From NCBI GenBank assembly GCA_913031205.1, contig CAJWEM010000005.1, forward strand, positions 1 to 59,925: a DNA stretch of 59,925 nucleotides, in the 5' to 3' direction. A model generated the notes under the pieces. It made no database searches, was not told the origin of the DNA, and was given only the letters and a program-made list of their open reading frames with translations. Position 1 is the stretch's first letter. Each line of letters opens with the position of its first letter. The translations under genes and the position numbers were made by a program. Below are positions 58,010 through 59,925 of the stretch, piece by piece. The stretch is from an uncultured Gammaproteobacteria bacterium. Its GTDB lineage: Bacteria > Pseudomonadota > Gammaproteobacteria > Poriferisulfidales > GCA-002705445.

Positions 58010-58932
58010 TACTCAAAATGCTCAAATTCTTTGTATATATCTAATTGTAATTTTTTTGATTTTTGAAAAAAATCTATATTTTTACTATCGTTTAATTTTC
58101 CAATTTCAAATATCTCTATACATTTTTGGTCGCAATATTTTTTTAATTTTTCTATATTACTAGAGCTAACAGTGAAAAAAAGCTCATAGTCTTCACCATA
58201 ACCAAAAGCATCTTCCCATGTATTTTCGTTCTCTAATATTAAATGACGAATATTTTCATTTATACAAATTTTATCGAGATTTATTTCAGCACCTAGTTTA
58301 CTTCTTTTACATATATTTCTTAATGATTTGAATAAGCCATCTGACATGTCAGTGCATGCGTTTGCGTAGTTTGCAAGCAACTTTCCAAGTTCATTTCTAT
58401 CTTGGTGTAAGAAATATTTATTATTCATGTGCGCATACATTGTTTCCGCTACTGATCCTGAAATATATATGTTATCACCAGTCTTTGCTGATGATGTTTG
58501 CATAAAATTATTTGATTCTGTATAACCTACCAGTGTCATTGATATGCTCAATTCACCTTTTGTAGTATCTCCTCCTAAAATAGTCATTGAAAATTTATTG
58601 AAAACTTTGTTATACCCTTCTATTAATTGTTTTATAAAAATGTCTGAGGGTTTTTCTATGGTTAAATTAATAAGCGCAAAAGCTGGTTCAGCACCCATAG
58701 CTGAGAGATCACTAATATTTGATATAGCAGATATGTACCCAAGTTCATAAGGCGTAATATTTGATTTAAAGTGAGTATTGAGAGCCATGGTATCAGTTGT
58801 AATTACCATATTTGTCTCTTGCTTTGGGAAAATTACTCCCGCGTCCTCGCCTATTGGAATTATTACTTCCTCTCTAAAGCCATTATTATTTGAAACCAAT
58901 TCGATTATTTTATCTTCAGATATCTTTTTCAT
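58009..58932 (-). CDS. thiL: Thiamine-monophosphate kinase
   Basis: GEDA, TD, NISDLSAMGA, GGDTT, DMSDGL, GEDYEL. Confidence 0.94.
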   Translation of the reverse strand: MKKISEDKIIELVSNNNGFREEVIIPIGEDAGVIFPKQETNMVITTDTMALNTHFKSNITPYELGYISAISNISDLSAMGAEPAFALINLTIEKPSDIFIKQLIEGYNKVFNKFSMTILGGDTTKGELSISMTLVGYTESNNFMQTSSAKTGDNIYISGSVAETMYAHMNNKYFLHQDRNELGKLLANYANACTDMSDGLFKSLRNICKRSKLGAEINLDKICINENIRHLILENENTWEDAFGYGEDYELFFTVSSSNIEKLKKYCDQKCIEIFEIGKLNDSKNIDFFQKSKKLQLDIYKEFEHFE

Positions 58933-59357
58933 TCTTCTAATTTTTTATAATTTTCTAAAAAAGCATTAATGAACTTATAGCTATCTTGACCACCAAATTT
59001 TTTTGCTAGCTTAATTGATTCAGATATAATCACCTCATAAGGGAATTTTTTATTATAAATGATTTCAAAGACATAGCATCTAATAATGGAAAGCTCCACA
59101 ATATTAATTTTAGTAATATCTATATCAGATTTATCCTGAATTGAGTCATCAATATGCTGAATGTTATTAATTACCCCGGTAATAATATCATTAAAATAGT
59201 CGCTATCTGATTTCCCGAAGTTTGTATCATTGCTAAATAAGCCTAAAAGGTCTTCAATACTACATGGGTTAATAGACCAAGAGTAGATAGCTTGAAACGC
59301 TAATCTGCGAGACCAGATATTACGATTTGTATTTCGCATTTTTGCACTAACTGTCAT
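58929..59357 (-). CDS. nusB: Transcription antitermination factor NusB
   Basis: R...R..A.QA.Y, VE..I.R, P..V.I.E...LAK.FG...S.KFIN. Confidence 0.92.
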   Translation of the reverse strand: MTVSAKMRNTNRNIWSRRLAFQAIYSWSINPCSIEDLLGLFSNDTNFGKSDSDYFNDIITGVINNIQHIDDSIQDKSDIDITKINIVELSIIRCYVFEIIYNKKFPYEVIISESIKLAKKFGGQDSYKFINAFLENYKKLEE

Positions 59358-59393
59358 TTTTTTTAAAAAGTTTTAGGCGGTAATATGAATCTC

Positions 59394-59858
59394 TTAATCT
59401 AATACAGCATCATACATAAGAGTCTTTGCAGCATTAGCCACATTAAACCCTATATTTCTATTATCAGGGTTATTAAAATTTATCTCAGATCTAGCAATAG
59501 CTTGTTCTTTATTTAACGCAGTAATTACACCAAATAATATTGGAATTTTACTATTAATATTTAAAGTTGCTAAAGCATTTGCACAAGCACTTGAAATATA
59601 TTCAAAATGAGCTGTTTCTCCTTTAATTACACAGCCAAGAGTGATAATACAATCTATATCTTTATATTCTTCATTATCTAAAACTTTCTTTGCCATGTAT
59701 GGGAGCTCAAATGCGCCAGGAACATGTATGGGCTCTAATTGAATGATTTCAACTTCACTATTTTCCAAACTTTTATTAACGCCATAGTGTAGGTTATCAA
59801 CAATTTCAGAATTAAAGGTTGATTTAATACATAAAACTTTATAACCGTTATTTGACAT
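59394..59858 (-). CDS. ribH: 6,7-dimethyl-8-ribityllumazine synthase
   Basis: FN..IV, VPGAFELP, LGCVIKGETAHFEY, FGV. Confidence 0.95.
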   Translation of the reverse strand: MSNNGYKVLCIKSTFNSEIVDNLHYGVNKSLENSEVEIIQLEPIHVPGAFELPYMAKKVLDNEEYKDIDCIITLGCVIKGETAHFEYISSACANALATLNINSKIPILFGVITALNKEQAIARSEINFNNPDNRNIGFNVANAAKTLMYDAVLD

Positions 59859-59862
59859 ATAA

Positions 59863-59925
59863 TTATTCCGTTATATATTTTTCTATTTCAAGACCATATC
59901 CGCCTAAACCATAAAAAGTTTTAGG
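59863..59925 (-). CDS. C-terminus of RibB/RibBA-type protein (partial)
   Basis: ...PKTFYGLGGYGLEIEKYITE*; GL.GYGLEI tail and position upstream of ribH. Confidence 0.7.
   Translation of the reverse strand, partial: PKTFYGLGGYGLEIEKYITE

Overview
About 60 kb of core chromosome from a very AT-rich (roughly 30% GC, judged by eye), strongly streamlined bacterium. Gene content and synteny remnants indicate a gammaproteobacterium; a marine planktonic lifestyle is my inference. There are about 60 tightly packed housekeeping CDSs covering the TCA cycle (mdh, gltA, sdhCDAB-sdhE, acnA, fumC), translation (gltX, lysS, leuS, frameshifted prfB, infA, mnmA), fatty-acid synthesis, Thr/Pro synthesis, two molybdenum-cofactor clusters, surE-pcm-yqaA-nlpD and ribH-nusB-thiL-pgpA. 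There are two tRNAs (Glu, partial; Ala). I saw no CRISPR array, prophage, integrase, IS element or defence system. The points most worth following up are: (1) a diverged fragment of the archaeal-type H4MPT/methanofuran C1-cofactor island (HisA-like orf17, MfnD-like ATP-grasp, MfnF-like orf9, pabB), whose divergent start codons are only 5 bp apart; (2) an SdhC with Tyr at the heme-b axial His position, a candidate natural heme-free complex II; (3) a MetX-family enzyme with serine O-succinyl/acetyltransferase signatures; (4) an unannotated 48-aa membrane ORF; (5) signs of leaderless transcripts and terminator-free convergent overlaps. I cannot show a wholly new system from sequence alone. All family calls come from motif recognition, not database searches.
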